64,000 nt of DNA from Hemiscyllium ocellatum. Lineage: Eukaryota. Within the stretch, counting starts at the first letter, position 1. Each line of letters opens with the position of its first letter. Location: assembly GCF_020745735.1 (NCBI RefSeq), contig NC_083412.1, positions 64,384,320-64,448,319 on the forward strand, in the 5' to 3' direction. Shown one piece after another: positions 38,130-52,402 of this stretch. The notes under the pieces were generated by a model. It saw only the letters and a program-made list of their open reading frames with translations, searched no databases and was not told where the DNA came from. Both the position numbers and the translations under genes were made by a program.

Positions 38130-39480
38130 TGGCAACTGCTGAATTCTAAAATGGCAAATGGAGCAATGTTGTTCAAGAAAGGATAGACAGAGAAACCTGA
38201 GAACTGCAGGCCTCTTAGCCTGATATCTATTATTGAGAAAATGCTGGAATCTTGTTGTTAAGGAAGTCTTCCTAATACACTTAAAAATATCAGACAAAAC
38301 CAACATGGTTTTATGAAGTGACTATCACCCTCTGCTTCCTGCCACTCCGCCAATTCTGGATTCAATATGCCACATTTATTTGGATCTCATTGGCTCCTAC
38401 CTTCACTATCAGACTCCCTTTCAGATTTTATCTAAAGTTTTGCTGAAGTCCAATTAGATTACATTGAAAGTATTAACCTCACCTGTATGCCATTTATTTT
38501 ATTTGTTACCTCTTTGAAGAACTCAAATCAAGTTGATCAGACAAAACCTCCCCTTAACAAAACCCTGCTGACCGTTCTTGACTAATCCCTGTGTCTCCAT
38601 TGCAGATTAATTTTGTCCCTTTGAATTGTTTCCATTGTTCCCCCACCACCAAAGTTAGACTGACTGGCCTATAGCCCTTGCTCCTTGCTAGAATAATTGC
38701 ACCATATAGTGTTTTTTGAGGATGGTATTAGTAGATATAATACATTTGGATAGCTAAAAAGTCACTTGATAAGATGTCACACAGAAAGGCAATATGCAAG
38801 ACAAGGCTGCTGGAGTTTGGGTGATAAATTAGTTTTGCAGAGAGGATTGGTTAATAGTCAAAAACAGAAGGAAGGGATAAATGAGGCCTTCACGTTGGCA
38901 GGCTGTAACAAGCGGATCAATGCTGGGGACTCAGTTATTCACATCCCACATTTATAACCCAGGCAAAGAGGCCAAGGTGATGTACCCAAGTTTGTTGATG
39001 ATACAAAATGAAGTGAGAATGCAAGCTGTGAGCAGGCCACAAAGAGTGAGGTGAGTGAACAGCAAGGAGACAAAGGGAAAAACTGTTGGAGTCTGAGTAA
39101 ATTGGCTCCATATTCTGTGGAGTTTAGAAGAACAAGAAGTGATGTCATTGGAACATAGAAGATCCTGAAAAGCTTTACAGGATAAACACAGGGTTACCCT
39201 TGCTGGGAAATCTAGAACCTGGGGGTACAATCTCGGGTTTCGTGAGTTATTTAGTTCAAAAGCATTAAACGCCAACATTGTTAGTGATAGCCATGTAGAC
39301 GAAAGACTAAATGAAAAGTAATTAAAGAAGATAGAGGCTTTTGATCTCTCAATAAATTGAGCGATATGAGGAACAGGCTGGAAAATGCAGCTGAGAGAAA
39401 CGATCAACATGATCGTGTTGAATGGTGGATAGTGTTGAGAAGGCACTAGGATTACTACAGTTTCTGATGTTCTTATATTC
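38130..39480. mobile_element. Decayed CR1 fragments in both orientations
   Basis: RT-start motifs (+, 38130-38330), a minus block (38420-38700), and KFVDDTK plus 3' region (+, 38720-39480). Confidence 0.7.
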
Positions 39481-40169
39481 AATCTAGCTTTCGTTTGACT
39501 TGCGTTATATCAGCATTATCAGCAATGTCATTTCTCGGGTGGATTTTTTTCAAAGCCACTAAATTTCTCAATATAATTGGCAGTTCCCATTATTTTACAA
39601 TTCTGTATATACTATTTTGGAGGAAGATATTTTCAGAGGCAATCTTCTTTCTGGATGTTAGTCTTTTTAAATGGTGAGGTGTCTCCATTTAGACAGTAGC
39701 TGGGATCATGCAAATGTTTTAAGGTTGAGTCATGTACAATCACATCATAGTCCTATCAATCTTCCATTACAACAAGCTTCAGGGAGGACTAATAGTGAAG
39801 CTTTGAATAGTTGTATTTGTCATTTCCTAAGTCTCTTGGTCAACATTTGCAACAGTAAGGCTGCAAAATTACTTAGATTGAGGTCTGAAGATTGAAGGTT
39901 ATAGAATTTTTAGAAAGGACATGAAGCTAGGAAAAAGTGGAAGGATGACTCTGTTAATTAATGATAATATTGGCACAATAGCCAGGGATAACCTAAATCC
40001 AGGAAACTGCGATTTGGGAATGGTTTGGCTACAACCACAGCAATATTATTGATTCTTAATTACCCTTGGGGTAATTAAGGAGAGGAATAAATGCAAGCCA
40101 AGGCAACAATACCCACATTCCATGAACAATTTACTAAAGAAAAGCAGAACGTGAGAAAATTGAAACCAT

Positions 40170-41960
40170 CCATTTTGAGAGGAGTGATAAAATGTGTTAC
40201 CTAGATGGTGAAAGATTATAAAGCTCTGGCATGCAGAGGCATCTGGTGTGCTTATGTATGAGTTGCAAAAGCTAATATACTAACAGGGCAAGTAAATAGG
40301 AAAGCCATTACAATGTTCTCAAACATTGCAAACTGAATTGAATAGAAAAGTAGGCGATTATACAGGTTACAGGTTTGACCATATCTGAAGTCTAGTGTGC
40401 AGTATTGGTCACCTTAGTTAAGGCAGGATTTAACTGCATTTGAATTAGTTGAAACAATGGAAAAGGACGATATAGGTATTGACATCAGCCTGGAGGACTG
40501 AGATATTAGAAAATAATAAATTAAAAAAGACACAAAGATAGAGAGAAAATACTAACAGGTTTAGCAGCCTTTAAAGTGACGAAATCCTCAGGTGAGATAT
40601 ATCCTAGGCTGTTGAGGCAAGAGATGTCAGGGACCCTTGCAGTAGTTTTCAAATCATCCCTAGTCACAGGTGAGGTGCTAGAGGAATGGAGGACTGCTAA
40701 TGTTGGCCCATTAATAAAATCAAGGAGGGGATTGACCAGGAACTTACAAGACAGTCAATCTGACCTTGGTGGTGGGGAAGTAATTAGAACTAAATCTGAC
40801 AGATGATATCTGCAGTTGAAAAGATGAGGATTAACCAAGGGTAGTCAGCATGGATTGTTATGAGGAGATTGTGTTTGGAAAATTTGTTTGAATTTTTTGA
40901 GGTGGTAAGTGGGAGCGTTGACAAGGATAATACATTTTACGTGATCCTCATGGGCCTTAGCAAAGCCTTTGATAAAGTTTCTCATGGCAGACCAGTCAAG
41001 AAATAAGAGCCCACAGGATCCAAGACAAACTGTCATGTTGGATGCTAAATTGGTTGAGGGGCAGGAAGCAGACAGTAATGAGAAAGAAATGTTTCTGTGA
41101 CTGGAAGTCTGTTAATAGTGGGTTTCTGCAGAGCTCAGTGCTAGACCCTAGCTCTTTGTGGTGTACTTTAATGGTCTGGACTTAAATATAGGGAGGATGG
41201 TCAAGACATTCTGACAGCAACTAAGGGGACCTCTTAGAGGTATATCAGACTGAGGGTTATAGACAGGGTGATCACAGAGGCATTCTTTCAGTTAATGGAG
41301 AGGTAAATAACCAATATGGCATAGCAAGTACTGGATAAGGCTAAGAGGAGAATGTTTTTTCACGGAGGGAGTGAAATTCACTTTTTGAAAGAGATGTTGA
41401 GTTAATATCTCTGATAACATTTAAGCAGTATTTATGTGTTCACTTGTCATAGTCTCCAGGGTTATGAGCCAAGAACTGGAAAATGACATTAGTGTAGTCA
41501 GATCTTTGCCAGATGTAGATATAATAGGCCGAATGGCCTCCTTCTGTGTCTATCAGTCAAAATTTTACCAGACCAGGACATGGAATGGATAGGATGAGCT
41601 CTTATCCGCTGGAGCATTAAACAGAAGCAATGACACTACTGAATCATGTAAGATCCTGAGGTATTGTGATGGGGTGGGTTTGGAGAGGATGTTTCCTCTT
41701 TGAGAGAACCTCGAATTAGGGCTTACTGTTTTAAAATGAGGAGTCATCTATTTGAATCAGACACTACTTTTTGGAACTCAAAATACAATGGAAGCAGAAA
41801 CTTTCAATTTTTTTTCACAGAGATGGATAAATTCTTGGGAAAACCGAGAGTGATGGATTATCAGGTTTAGATAGGAATGGGGAGTTGAGGTAAATAGCAG
41901 CCATAACCTTATTAAATAGCAAAGAGAGCAGTGAATGACCTACTTCTGTATGTTTGGATG
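40170..41960 (+). mobile_element. Composite decayed CR1 fragments
   Basis: SLVTGEVLEEWRTANV, AFDKVSHGR and several 3' UTR ends. Confidence 0.75.
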
Positions 41961-42192
41961 TAATGAAGTGTGAACATTATATATCTTTTTACTTCATCAG
42001 TTCTTGAACTGGGACATTATTACAAATAGAATCCACCAATCTACTTAGAACTTCACTTCCAAGGTCTGTTGGACACCCAATTTCAACTGATTGTCATATT
42101 TCTGCTGTTTTTGGTAAGTAATGCAGATTATGTTATGCGGATTCAATTGAAAACCTGACACAGGTTTATGTAACAGCTTAGACTACAACTCA

Positions 42193-42505
42193 GGGCAGCA
42201 CAGTGGCTCAGTAGTTAGCACTGTTGCCTCACAACGCCAGGGACCCGGGTTTGATTCCCACCTTGGGCGACTGTCTGTGTGGAGTTTGCACGGTCGCCCT
42301 GTGTCTGTGTGGGTTTACTTCTGGTGCTCCGGTTTCCTCCCACATTTCAAAAGATGTGCAGGCCAGATGAATTGGCCATGCTAAACTGCCTGTAGTGTTA
42401 GGCACACTTGTCAGGGGTAAGTGTAGGGAAATTAATCTGGGTGGTTACTCTTTGGAGGGTCAGTGTGGACTTGTTGGGCTGAAGGGTCTGTAGGTAATGT
42501 AATCT
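42193..42505 (+). mobile_element. HE1 V-SINE
   Basis: GGGCAGCACAGTGGCTCAGT head, V-domain, tail. Confidence 0.85.
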
Positions 42506-45129
42506 TGCCACGACTGATAATTTATACATCCACCTAGCATTCTTCTGCTGGACTGCATATAGCAGGTAGTTTCAACCTGATCCCTGGCTCATTAGCATAT
42601 TCAACTCTTAAAGTAACACACTTTGTAAAATCAATAAAACACATTGACCATTCTCAAAAATGGAGTGGTAAAATCCACACATTAGGGTCCATTCTTCCTG
42701 CAAAAGAATAGCAGAGTGAAATTCATATGTGACACCCCAATGGTTATTATCATGTCACTTTTTGGCCTACTCCCTCCTAGAACAGAAACTCCCCAGCTCA
42801 TTCAGTCATCCTTGATGGTTAACTGGTTCCTTTCTTAAGAAATTGTATTTCACTTCGTAATGGGTTAACTATAACCACCATATCTTTGAAGTAGTTTTTC
42901 TAATCTCTCTATATAACTGAAGACTCAAATACCTTAGGAATAGAATTATAACAGTGAAGCCCTGTATTCCTGAACCATATCACCTTCAAGCAAAACTCAG
43001 CATGGGGTTCATGGACTCATTGATTTTGCCCTGTACTTTGTAAAAACAGAAGGTGGAGTGAATAGGGCAGATACATTCCATTACTACCAATTTCAAGAAA
43101 TGTAATATCTGAACAAAATCTTTGTTACCAATTTGGCAGACAGATATTTTGGTGCAAAATTATTTAAGTACCTGATAATTCAATCTCGAAAACATTTTCC
43201 TTATGTACTTCAAAAGCAACTAAATTGACAGGGTATAAATTATTCAAAACCTGAAGGAATCACCATTTTAAAAGATTCTTGAGTGAAATTCGACTTCGAA
43301 GGCGATTTTAACGAAATAAATTCTGTGGTCCTCCTTTGAATTATATGCATGTAAGAATCGGAATGGAAGATTTATTTGGGCCATTAATGTCACTTTTCAC
43401 TTTGGATACTTTAAAGAAGGTCATCCAAATTCCATACATTTAAATTAGATGACAACAATTTTGATTTTCCCTCTCAGGAAAGTAGGGTTTACCTTTAATT
43501 CTTCAAACCAGTGCTTCCAATGGGACTCATCTCCTGAAACAAACACTCATCTCCTCAAACCAAGAATTCTGCCTGCCAAGAGTTAATAGTGGTGCTCAGT
43601 CACAATTGAAGTCATCCAAGTGAGCTGCAGAATATTCCCCAACACCAGAAAAGTTAAGGAATATGTGAAGAGCTTTCCAAATTTCTATTCCAAGAGAACA
43701 AAACCCTAAAGTGAAAAGATGCTCCAAGTACTGGCCTCTGGTCCAACAATCAGATCCTGTTCAGCTGCAAGATCTAACTTTGCATCATGGAGCAAGGGAT
43801 TAATGCACCTCAATACATTCCACCCTCAAACAATGAACCAAGGAATACAGCTCGAATATATGTGAACCAGATGGGTGGATTCATGTACACCAATGTGTAG
43901 CACTGTGAAGTTGAATACTGGCACTGATTCCCAGCAGACCTAGCACCAAGCCACTAGATTTAACTTTTCTTGAATACAAATGCCATCCCCTATCTCTTAC
44001 ATTGGTTTTTCCCAAACCCCCAACCCCATGTGCCCCCATTTTAATGTTTGAAACTTTGTGATCCTTCAGTGAGAACCTAGAGAATGGGTTGGGGGGCAGG
44101 GCCAGTGACTGGGTTATGACAGCTGTCTTAGAATTCTACATCAGCTATTCTGTCCAAGCGCTTAGAACCCCAACATTTCAGATTACCACCCCATTTGGGG
44201 TTCCACCCCGCTACTTTGGGGAACATTGTTTTACCCATTCTTTCTCTTCTTCGCAACCTCACTGTTTGGGAATCAAGACTCTTCAAAGATTGTCACACCC
44301 TACCCCAATTATTGATAGCACCCCAAAACTGCAGAACTTCACACCTTCCTAAGCCCCTTCATCCTATAGTGTTGGTTTTCTGAACTCATTAAAAGTTAAA
44401 TGTTACAAATTTCCAATTGTACAATGCAAAACACTGTAACCTATTTAAACATAATGGTAAGTAGCACAATAAACCCAAGATAACCCATTTTAGATATTAC
44501 TTGAAATATAAATGTTAGCTAAAGTAAGAAAATCTTCCTTCCTCAACAGACATTTGGGATGCTTTACAATCATCTGAGGTGAAAATCATGATCTCAGTTT
44601 AACACCTCATCTGGAAGACCCTCTCTGGTAGCATAACGTTCTCTCAGTATTTTGCTGAGGTGATTGCCTTAGTTATGTTCAATGAGTTCCTAATATTTAT
44701 ACTGCTCCATTTTACTTCAGAATTACAATGTTTTCTAGAATCATTCAATTTATTGGAAGAAGATTAACCCCTCACTCTGTCATTGAGAGCTATAAATGAG
44801 AAGGTAAATGTTTATGAATAGATAGTTTGGGAAATTATTTTAGGAAAAGGACAACTACTACAATGATAATGGAAAAGTCATGCAAACATGAATTTTTGGG
44901 GTATGTAAATTGACAGGATGGCTGCTTAAGAAAGAAGGGAGTGTGTAGACATGCTGAATTTTTGGCTGCTATCCAAGGGGACAAATGAAAATTGAGATAA
45001 ATAGATACAAATAATGCCATAGAATATACCAAGCAAGTTCTCTCACGCTGTAATAAACTGGAGCCACTTCCATTGATAACTAGACTTACTACTATCTTCC
45101 TGGAATAGAAACAATGGAAAAATCATTGA

Positions 45130-47260
45130 AAAACATTTCCATCAATGGAAAAACATGAGTTGATTTGCAAGGCAGCATGAATTTCTAAAAGGAAAATCAT
45201 GTTTGACAAACTTTCTGAAGCTTTTTGAAGAAGTAACAGAAAACGTCGATGAGGGTATCTTTGTTGACATTTTAAACATGAACTTTTAGAAGGCATTTGA
45301 CACATGACAGACTTATGAGAATAAGCTAGGCCATGGAATAAAAGGGACAATTGTAACCTGCATACAAATTTAACTGAAGGATAGGACACAGATAGAATTG
45401 GTCAATGGAGTTTGTCTAGGCTGGAGGAAGATTGGAGTGGAATTCTCCAGGGGTCAATATTGGGACCCTTGCTTTTCCTAATATATAGTAATAATCAGGA
45501 CATTTGTTTGCAGGGGACAATTTCAAAGTTTGTAGATGACACTAAACCTGGGAGAATTGTAAACTGTTAGGAGGACAGTGTGGAGCTTCAAAATACATTA
45601 AAGAATAAAATGGAGCCTTGATCAAATGGGCCAATTGGCCGAGGAGTGCCAGACAGACTTTAGTTTAAATAAATGTGAGATGTTGCATTTTGGAAAGGCA
45701 AAGCAGGGCAGGATTTATACATTTAATGGTAAGGCCCTGGGGAGGGTTGCTGAACAAAGACACTTTGGGATGCAGGTGTATGGTTCCTGGAACGTGGGGT
45801 CCCAGGTAGTCAAAGGTGGTGAAGAAGGCATTTGCCTTCACTGGTCAGTACATTGAGTGTATGAGTTGGGAAGTCAGGAAGCAAATGTACAGGGCATTAC
45901 TGTGACCACTTTTAGAATACTGCGTTCAATTCTGGTCTCCCTGTGAAAGGAAGAATTTTGTTAAACTTGAAAGGTTTCAGAATAAAAGATTTTTAAGGAT
46001 CCTGCCTGTATTGGAGGGTTTGACTTATAGAGAGAGGCTGGATAGTTTGGGGCCTTTCTTTCTTGGAGCATAGGAAGCTGAGAAGTGATAAAATCATGAG
46101 GGGCATGGGTAGGGTGAATAGCAATGTCTTTTTCCCAAGAAAAGGGTGGTTCAAAATGAGAGGGCATAGGTTTAAGGTGAGAGGGGAAGATTTAAAAGGG
46201 ATCTAAAGGGCAAGTGTTTCATGCAGATGGTGGTGCGTGTATGCAGTGAGCTGCCAGAGGGAGTGATGGAAGTGGGTACAATTACAACATTTAAAAGGCA
46301 TCTAGATGCATACATGAATAGGAAGGATTTCGAGAGATATGGGCCAAGTGCTGGCAAATGCTGACTAGATCAGTTTACAATATCTCATTGGCATGGACAA
46401 GTTGGACCGAATGTTCTGACTCCATTCTTTAAATTTCTATACCTCTGTAAGATATTGGAGTAAGTGGAGAGTTAGAGAGTGGACAGCAGCTGAGGTTCAG
46501 TGCAGTGAAGTGTGAGCTGATGCACTTTGGCAAGAAAAACATTAAACAACAATATAAAAATCCAAAGAGGGTGCAGGAGCAGAGGGGCCTTTGTCTATAA
46601 TTGCTCAGATCAGTGAAGGTAGCAGGGCAGGTGAAGAGCAGTGGATAAAACATGGTGGCTTTATTAATAACAGCATAGATTATAAGAGTAGGGAGATGAT
46701 GTTAAACAAGATACTCGTTAGACCTCAGCTGGAATGTTGTGGACAGTTGTCAGGGCTAGAATATGGGAAAGATTGAATACATTGGAGAGAGTGAGGAAGT
46801 GATTTCCAATAATGGTTCCAGGAATCAGGTCAGTTATGAGGATGAATTGAAGAAGTTCAGATTGTTTTCTTTAGTGAGAAGAAAGCTGAGGGGAGATTTG
46901 ATAAAGACTTTCCAAATCATGGGGAGTCTAAATAGAGTAGATAGGGAGAAAATGTCCCTGTTCATAAATGTATACCCTCAAATTCCATTTTTTCTTTTAA
47001 AGTGATATGTGAATGAAGCTAGCGTGATGAGGAAAAAGCTTTTTCACACAACGTACAGTTAGGGTATAGAATGCACTGCCTGGAAGTGTGATGGAGACAG
47101 GTTCAATGGAGACATTCAAAAGAGCATTGGATGATTATTGGGATGGAAATGATATGCAAGGAAATGGGGAAAAGGCAGGGGATTAGCATTGGGTAATAGA
47201 ACTGTTGTAGGCACGATGGGCCAAAGTTTCCTGTACCATAATCATTCTGTGATTCTGTAA
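45130..47260 (+). mobile_element. Three successive CR1 fragments
   Basis: RT fragment 45130-45600; 3' parts 45615-46430 and 46480-47260 (KCEMLHFG, LVRPQLECC). Confidence 0.8.
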
Positions 47261-47974
47261 TAGAGATGAGCAGAATGAAAATAGTTTAATGTGGGTGCAG
47301 TACCCCACTGGTCCTGGTGGCAGTGAAGTTAGGATAATCAAGATTGATGCCGAGAAATGACTGAAGGACCTGTTGCCTCACTTTTCTAATACCTTTGACA
47401 CCACCTTGTCAAAAACTAAAATGGGATTCAAACCAAATGAGATTCAACTGGGATTTTGATCTTTTTTGCCATAACTATTCCAATGTCTTCAGCCTTGACC
47501 AGGATAAAAGAAAAACAACATTGAGATGCTGAGTAGTATGTTCAATTATGACAGTTTGAGAAAATTAGGATTGTAATTAGCAATAGCTATAATCAGTGAA
47601 AATGGTGTGTGGTAGAACAGAAAAAAAATCAACTGTTTTGGGAAGATGATAAACTGGCGGAAGGCTTGTTTCACTGAACTGTAAAGGGATCCAATGCTGA
47701 TGGATTACATGCAAAAATTTGCTGATGAAATAGTAAAGGAACTTTGAGAGACCTTCAAAGAGCTGATCACGTGTGCACAAGTTAGATACAGTGCTATGAG
47801 GAGTTAAGGCAAGACATTGAAAGCTAGAACTCCTTGGACAATTAAGAAATTAAAATGAAACAAGAAAATAATGCTTGTGATAAATATCTAACGCATAACA
47901 AAATAGCAAATCAAGAAGAATGCAGCAAGTATAGATTTGTAGGGAGAATGAAAGGAAAAGGAAGATAAGTTACA

Positions 47975-48170
47975 GAATTTTCATGACCAAAGGATACCCC
48001 AAAGTGTTTTACAACCAATGAAGTATTTTTGAAGTATAATCACCATTATAATGCAGGAACTAATTTATGCACTGCATGCCTCCACGAACAGCAATGTGGT
48101 AATGATCAAGTTTGCTGTTTTTCTGATGTGCCTTGAGGAATAAATATTAGCTAAGTCTAACTTCCTTGTT
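47975..48170 (-). mobile_element. SacSINE1-like 3' part (L2-like tail)
   Basis: CAAAGTGTTTTACAACCAATGAAGTATTTTTGAAG is the reverse complement of the recalled tail; a related minus fragment lies at about 44500-44690. Confidence 0.55.
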
Positions 48171-48454
48171 CCTCCTCAGACTGACATCTTCTGCTGTTGG
48201 GGCTGCTGCAGGATAAGGGCAAGTTCAATTCCATCTGTGCTTGTTATGTAATTTGGACGGTTACCTGATACTGGTTCACATGTTGTACGTTGACTCAGCA
48301 TCATGGCTACTTTGTGATATCTTTATTCTCCTAATCCTTTCATGAGCTGCCTTCTCTCCCTGGAAAGACAGCAACAGCTCACCACCTGGCTGCCATTTGT
48401 ACTTCACATTTGGAGAAATTGTTTGCACTGGCAGGAAGGCTGGTAACTAAAGGT

Positions 48455-49997
48455 CACAGAGGTGGCTGAGGAAATAGCGGATGCATTGGTTGAGATCTTT
48501 CAAAAGTCACTGGAGTCAGGGAAAGTCCCGGATGATTGGAAGATCGCTGTTGTAACACCCTTGTTCAAGAAAGGATCAAGACAAAAGAAGGAAAATTATA
48601 GGCCAATTAGCCTAACCTCGGTTGTTGGTAAAATTCTAGAATCCATCATTAAGGATGAGGTTTCTAAATTCTTAGAAGAGCAGAGTCTGATTAGAACAAG
48701 TCAACGTGGATTTAGTAAGGGGAGGTCATGCCTGACAAACCTGTTGGAATTCTTTGAAGAGGTGACAAGTAGGTTAGACCAGGGAAATCCAGTGGATGTG
48801 GTCTATCTAGACTTCCAAAAGGCCTTTGACAAGGTGCCACACGGGAGGCTGCTGAGCAAGGTAAGGGCCCAGGGTGTTCAAGATGAGCTACTGGGATGGA
48901 TTGAGGATTGGCTGTCTTACAGAAGGCAGAGAGTTGGGATAAAAGGTTTTTTTTTGGAATGGCAGCCGGTGACGAGAGGTGTCCGCAGGGTTCAGTGTTG
49001 GGGCCACAGCTGTTTGCATTATATATTAATGATCTGGATGAAGGGACTGGGGGCATTCTAGCAAAGTTTGCAGGTGATACGAAGTTAGGTGGACAGGCAG
49101 GTAGTACTGAGGAAGTGGGCAGGCTACAGAAGGATTTGGACAGTTTGGGAGAGTGGTCCAGGAAATGTCTGATGGAATTCAACGTGAGCAAATGCAAGGT
49201 CTTGCACTTTGGCAAAAAGAATAAAAGCATAGACTACTTTCTAAATGGTGAGAAAATTTGTAAAGTCAAAGTACAAAGGGATCTGGGAGTGCTAGTCGAA
49301 GATTCTGTGAAGGCAAACATGCAGGTTGAGTCCGTGATTAAGAAAGCGAATGCAATGTTGTCACTTATCTCAAGAGGGTTGGAATATAAAAGCACCGTTG
49401 TGCTACTGAGACTTTATAAAGCTCTGGTTAGGCCCCATTTGGAATACTGTGTCCAGTTTTGGTCCTCACACCTCAGGAAGGACATGCTGGCACTGGAACG
49501 TGTCTAGCGGAGATTCACACAGATGATCCCTGGAATGGTACGTCTAACATATGAGGAACGGCTGAGGATCCTGCGATTGTATTCATTGGAGTTTAGAAGA
49601 TTAAGGGGAGACTTAATACAGACGTACAAGATAATACATGGCTTGGAAAGGGTGGACGCCAGGAAATTGTTTCCGTTAGGCGAGGTGACTAGGACCCGTG
49701 GACACAGCCTTAAAATTAGTGGGGGTCAATTCAGAACAGAAATGTGGAGACATTTCTTCAGCCAAAGAGTGGAGGGCCTGTGGAATTCATTGCTACAGAG
49801 TGCAGTGGAGGCCGGGACGCTAAATGTCTTCAAGGCAGAGATTGATAGATTCTTGTTGTCTCGAGGAATTAAGGGCTAGGGGGAGAATGCGGGTAAGTGG
49901 AGTTGAAATGCCCATCAGCCATGATTGAATGGCGGAGTGGACTCGATGGGCCGAATGGCCTTACTTCCACTCCTATGTCTTATGGTCTTATGGTCTT
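48455..49997 (+). mobile_element. Young 5'-truncated CR1 LINE, 1.5 kb, ORF2 RT domain to 3' end
   Basis: NYRPISLTSVVGKILE, YLDFQKAFDKVPH, KFAGDTKLGG, LVRPHLEYCVQFW; frameshifts near 48950-48990 and a stop near 49505. 3' hairpin GGAGTGGA..TCCACTCC and (ATGGTCTT)n tail. Confidence 0.95.
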
Positions 49998-51459
49998 ACA
50001 AACTTAAGGGATTGCCACAAGAACCAGAAGGAAGATTGTAAAGATTTTTTAATAATTAAATTACTATGCAAAGGGGAGGAATTTGCAGGGGTACAGAGAA
50101 AGCACAGACAAATGGGCTTAATTATACAGCAGTTCCAAAGGTACAATGAACCAAAAGACCCCTTTCTGGGCAGTATGATTTGGAGTAAAAACATGAGCAG
50201 ATGAAAGCAATGTCTAACATCATCTATATGTTGAAGAAAACAACATCAGTTAAACATATTGACGATGTATTACTAGGCGTTTTAGTGGACAGGTTTACAT
50301 AAAGGACCACAAATTAGAAAGACTAGCAGTGAGCAGCCAGAGATATAACACTTGTGTTTTGTAAAGGATGTGGTCGGTTGAGTCTGAAAAATAAATCCAT
50401 TGTTCAGATATCCGGAACAGCTTGAACAGCATTTGTTCTTTGTTCATACAGCCACTTGATATGTGTCTTTCTGCAATGTCAGTTACCCTATATTAACAGT
50501 GTACTTATTGAAAATGAATACATGTCACAGTTCTATATACAATAAATAGCTGACAGTTTTTAACACCTTATTTAATTAGGGGATTTCAATGATATAAACT
50601 GTAGGAGAGAAGCTCAATCCTATTCCGACATTAACTGGGTTACAGTTTTGGAACTTCAGCCTTTGCTTTAATAAGATGGTTCTGTTGAAGGTAAATGTGC
50701 TCAAACATCCATCTGGAAGAAGGCTGATGGGCAGGTTGGCTCAATTAAAGTAATAACAATGTTCTAAGAGAAGAGACAGGAGCTAGCAGTACAATGTTAC
50801 CCTACAACATTACATAAACATCAGTCAGCAAATTCAGCACTTCCATATACATTTGAAGCTAATTTAAATCTATTTCTTTCAAGTAGAAACATAGGAAATA
50901 TTATTTGGGGTACATTTGATGAAAACCGACAGTAAACATCTGTCCAGGCATATACTGTTCTCAAGTTTGGTCAGACAGAAATAAGGTTAGAGTGTCTCTG
51001 AAACACTTCCCTTAGAATATGTCCCAAAACATTAATGCATCCCAATATCTTATAGTCTTATCAAATTCTGCCTATCCTCCTCCTGATGCCTTTGTACATT
51101 CAGTTTGGTTCTTTCATATCTTTTCCCAGCTGATGCTATAGTAGGTTTCTGAACTCCTGGTTTGAGGAAGGGAAAATTGAGCAATATTCATCATAATATT
51201 TGGTGATTCCAGCTGGAATTCAAATGTGTGGCACACTTATTCTTCTCATGCTGCACTTCTTGTGAGTTTTACTTGCTCTAAGTCTGTAATGCATCGGCAG
51301 TTGAATAGTCACCACTGAGGTTTACATGTGAGTAGTGATCATTTCGTGACAGACAGAAGGATGACTGCTCAGAGTTGCCATCTGTTAAGAGAGGAGAAGA
51401 AAGATTAGCAGGAGAATAAGAAAATTTCAAGTGAACACCCTAATTGCAATAGTCATAAG

Positions 51460-51640
51460 TGGGTACTGCAGATGCTGGAGATTAAAGTCAAGATTAGAGT
51501 GGTGCTGGAAAAGCACAGCAGGTCAGGCAGCATCCAAGGAGCAGGAAAATTCCTGATGAAGAGCTTTTGCCCAAAATATAGATTTTTCCTGCTCCTCGGA
51601 TGCTGCCGGAACTGCTGTGCTTTTCCAGCACCACTCTAAT
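51460..51640. mobile_element. Short palindromic PLE-derived element (family A)
   Basis: About 58-bp inverted arms (ATTAGAGTGGTGCTGGAAAAGCACAGC / GCTGTGCTTTTCCAGCACCACTCTAAT) around CCTGATGAAG...CCCAAAA. Confidence 0.8.
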
Positions 51641-52113
51641 TGTACCGCTTGTTGACCAGTGCTTCTTAATCAGGTAGCTAATGAAGCACATGACAGACAG
51701 TGTGGTCACAGGCTGGAAGGATTGGAATTAACAATCTAAAAATAAATTGAATTTGAATAATGCCGATACTGCAGCAGTCTTTATCATTTGGTTTTAGCTC
51801 ACAATGAACCTCTGCTGTCAGTGGACACCCACATGATATTATAGTTTTAATGTAGATTCCACCACACATTTCCTCCCTTTCTGAGGTTCAAATGACCCAC
51901 TCACTCCTCTTCAGTGGTTCAGCCCCATGCTGTTCCATCTCTGCTGCACTTTTCTGATGACTCAAACTTTCAGTAGGTGTTCCACCTGTTTCTCTAATGG
52001 CTCCCATTTACATCCTTCACATTCCCACAATACCCAGGCAGCGAAGAGGAGTTAGAAATGGAGTTGGTTGACATGGATTCAGAAATAAACTATATTCCTG
52101 TAATCCCAACATA

Positions 52114-52402
52114 GGCTGGCACGGTGGCTGAGTGGTTAGTACTGCCACCTTACAGCGTCACCCACGGGATACTGCCTGTATGGAGTTTGCACATTCTCCC
52201 TGTGTTTGCATGGTTTTCTCCCACAATCCAAAGATGTGCAGGTTAGGTAATGTGGCCATGCTAAATTGCCCATAGTGACCAAGAATGCGTAGGTTAAATG
52301 GGTTAACCATGAGAAATGCAGGGATGGGTTTGGGTGGATGTTTTCAGAGGGTCAGTTTGGACACAATGGACCAAACGGTGTGCTTCCCACTGTAGGGATT
52401 CT
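52114..52402 (+). mobile_element. HE1 V-SINE, old copy
   Basis: Head, partial V-domain, tail. Confidence 0.8.

Noticed and set aside
42001-42113. Exon-like block with good acceptor and TTG|GTAAGT donor
   Set aside because: Stops in all three frames and no ATG; it cannot be the coding exon 1.
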